From Nanobdellota archaeon (GTDB lineage: Archaea; Nanobdellota; Nanobdellia; Pacearchaeales; GW2011-AR1): a stretch of DNA of 64,000 bases. The notes below the pieces were generated by a model that did no database searches, was not told the DNA's origin, and saw only the letters and a list, made by a program, of their open reading frames with translations. Location of the stretch: the NCBI GenBank assembly GCA_022561055.1, contig JADFRY010000004.1, positions 35,243-99,242 on the forward strand, read 5' to 3'. Positions 62,474-64,000 of the stretch are shown here, in pieces. The first letter of the stretch is position 1, and every line of letters starts with the position of its first letter. The position numbers and the translations under genes were made by a program.

Positions 62474-64000
62474 ATGGTGCATAAAAAATATATTAAGCAG
62501 GGTAAAAGGAAATATGGGCCCTATCTATATGAAACTAAAAGAGTCAATGGTAGAGTTATAACAACTTATATTGGGAAAGTAAATGAAAAGAAAAGAAAAT
62601 TTGCTTTTTATTATCTTTTTCTTGGTTTACTTTTAGTTCTCTTACTTTTATTTTTATTTTTTCCAGTGAGTTTTACAGGATATGTTATTTCTGATAATTC
62701 TGAAGTTAAGGATACTGCTGATTTAGAGGCAATAAGAGAAAGTAAATCTATAGAAAAAGCGAAAATACAAAATAAAGTTGTTAAAGTTGTAGGAGTGATA
62801 GATAGCACCGAAACAACGCAATACGATGCTATTTTAGGAAAACCAGTAAAGTGGAGAAAAAATGTTAAATTATCGAGTCCAGGAATTGTTTCTATTGCCA
62901 TTCCATTGAGCGCAGTAAACATTTCTATTGTGAAAATTATCAGAGTTAATAAGACAATTGCTCAAGCAGGTAATAGAAATATTAATGCAACTTCTAACAA
63001 ACCCGATAAGATTACTAATAAGTCTAGTGTTATAATTGCTAAGAATAAATCTGAGCAAGATGCTGACGAACATGATTTTACAGATGCTCAGGAAGAAGTA
63101 GTGATAGGGGATACAGATGTTCAGGAAGAAGTATTGATTGAAGAAGAAGAAATAAAGGAAAAAACAGAGGAGAAATCTGAGGAAGAAAGCGAATCTGAAG
63201 AGTTTGATGAAAATATTGTTTCTGAATTAGGGAATTTAATAATTAATAATGTTTTCGTTAGTTTTTTTAATCGTTTTGTTAGATTTACAGGTCTTACAAT
63301 TATAGGAGATGAAATTGTTGTTAAACAGGATAAACAAATAATCGAAATTAATGAAATTGTTGAAGAAGTTGAAATTGAGTATTATACTGATGCTCCTTAT
63401 GTAGTTGAAGAAGCAATAGAAAATGGGAAAAGAGTTCAAATTATAGGACCAGAAGATGTTCATTATGAAAATGTTTTAGCTTTTACTAAATTAAGTGAGA
63501 GTTTGAATGTTAGAAATCCTTCACAAGTAAAAATTTATTGGGTGGAAAATAATACTTATATTTCTCATTTGAATATTATTGATAATAATAAAAATGGAAT
63601 TTACGATTATATCGAATGGATTGCTCCTTTTTTAAGTAACCAAACTTTCAATATAATTGTTATAACAAAAGCAGAGCATTTGGATGAAAATAGAACTTTC
63701 ATAAGTGATGTTTTCAAAGAAGTAAGAGAACTTGATGGAATTTGGAGCGAAACTATTCCAAATACACATTATGTTAGAGTTACTTTTGAAATTAATCTTA
63801 CTTCTGATAGAGATATTACTTTATATCCGAGGACTGTTTCAGGGACGCCGAGGATTGAAGTTTATGAAATTAATGGTAATAAATTAATTGCTGAGTTTAC
63901 TTCTCTTATTGATAATCAATATAATAAAGTTTTCTTGACGAATTTACAAGGCTCTCAAGATACTTTTGATTTACTTATTCTTGATGGGGATATTGAATTT
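62474..64000 (+). CDS. large membrane-anchored surface protein, 5' part (runs off the window)
   Basis: Not in the ORF track. Hand translation from ATG 62474 shows no stop through 64000 (509 codons). It has a basic N-terminus, the TM segment FAFYYLFLGLLLVLLLLFLFF, an acidic linker, then a beta-rich Asn-rich region. Confidence 0.65.
   Translation, partial: MVHKKYIKQGKRKYGPYLYETKRVNGRVITTYIGKVNEKKRKFAFYYLFLGLLLVLLLLFLFFPVSFTGYVISDNSEVKDTADLEAIRESKSIEKAKIQNKVVKVVGVIDSTETTQYDAILGKPVKWRKNVKLSSPGIVSIAIPLSAVNISIVKIIRVNKTIAQAGNRNINATSNKPDKITNKSSVIIAKNKSEQDADEHDFTDAQEEVVIGDTDVQEEVLIEEEEIKEKTEEKSEEESESEEFDENIVSELGNLIINNVFVSFFNRFVRFTGLTIIGDEIVVKQDKQIIEINEIVEEVEIEYYTDAPYVVEEAIENGKRVQIIGPEDVHYENVLAFTKLSESLNVRNPSQVKIYWVENNTYISHLNIIDNNKNGIYDYIEWIAPFLSNQTFNIIVITKAEHLDENRTFISDVFKEVRELDGIWSETIPNTHYVRVTFEINLTSDRDITLYPRTVSGTPRIEVYEINGNKLIAEFTSLIDNQYNKVFLTNLQGSQDTFDLLILDGDIEF

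Noticed and set aside
62611-63463. Three minus-strand track ORFs (103, 67 and 75 aa)
   Set aside because: They are antisense to the long uninterrupted + strand ORF starting at 62474. Their composition is low-complexity.

Overview
This is an AT-rich (roughly 30% G+C by eye, not computed), very gene-dense archaeal chromosome segment. All domain calls come from motif recognition by eye; no database search, HMM or folding program was run.

Archaeal identity is supported by MCM, aIF-1A, aIF-2beta, aRF1 (NIKS/GGQ), deoxyhypusine synthase, NAC, Sec61beta, L15e and DUF424. It is also supported by BRE/TATA-like boxes (..TTTAAATA..) 25-55 nt upstream of many starts, and by two tRNAs with ~51-nt introns in the anticodon loop. 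Small proteins, many orphan ORFs and several bacterial-type genes (MnmA, RecQ, FabF-like KAS, a sigma-70-like protein) suggest a DPANN-like reduced archaeon. That assignment is inference.

Layout:
- 1-9 kb: assorted enzymes, FtsZ, mnmA and tRNA-Asn.
- 9.8-12 kb: a translation-factor cluster.
- 14.5-22.7 kb: OB-fold protein, MCM, aRF1 and ValRS.
- 22.7-25 kb: nth plus a LAGLIDADG cassette.
- 28.6-31.1 kb: a metG-SDR-tRNA-binding-domain operon.
- 35.6-48 kb: a type IV pilus-like locus with two paralogous major pilins, minor pilins, a vWA giant pilin-like protein, a KaiC-like ATPase, split TadB/TadC-like proteins, a FlaI/VirB11-like ATPase and two divergent pilins.
- 48-64 kb: L15e, two glycosyltransferases, a divergent type IA topoisomerase/RecQ pair, an NYN protein, a GIY-YIG cassette, NSUN methyltransferase, KAS, MAP2, and a large surface-protein ORF that runs off the window.

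Most notable observations:
1. A family of ~200-nt six-hairpin elements is present in 3 copies, plus a related hairpin cluster. The copies show compensatory stem changes, TATA-like boxes upstream and T-run ends.
2. Two free-standing homing-endonuclease cassettes (LAGLIDADG, GIY-YIG) are each bracketed by an imperfect duplication of the terminus of the neighbouring host gene.
3. Three tandem mini-genes, each with its own promoter-like box, encode pure Arg/Lys/Thr peptides.
4. The two major pilin genes have an identical 99-nt 5' block, a near-identical 3' block and a diverged core.
5. An ECF-sigma-like ORF sits between core archaeal genes.
6. About 10 compositionally atypical orphan genes are dispersed among the housekeeping genes.
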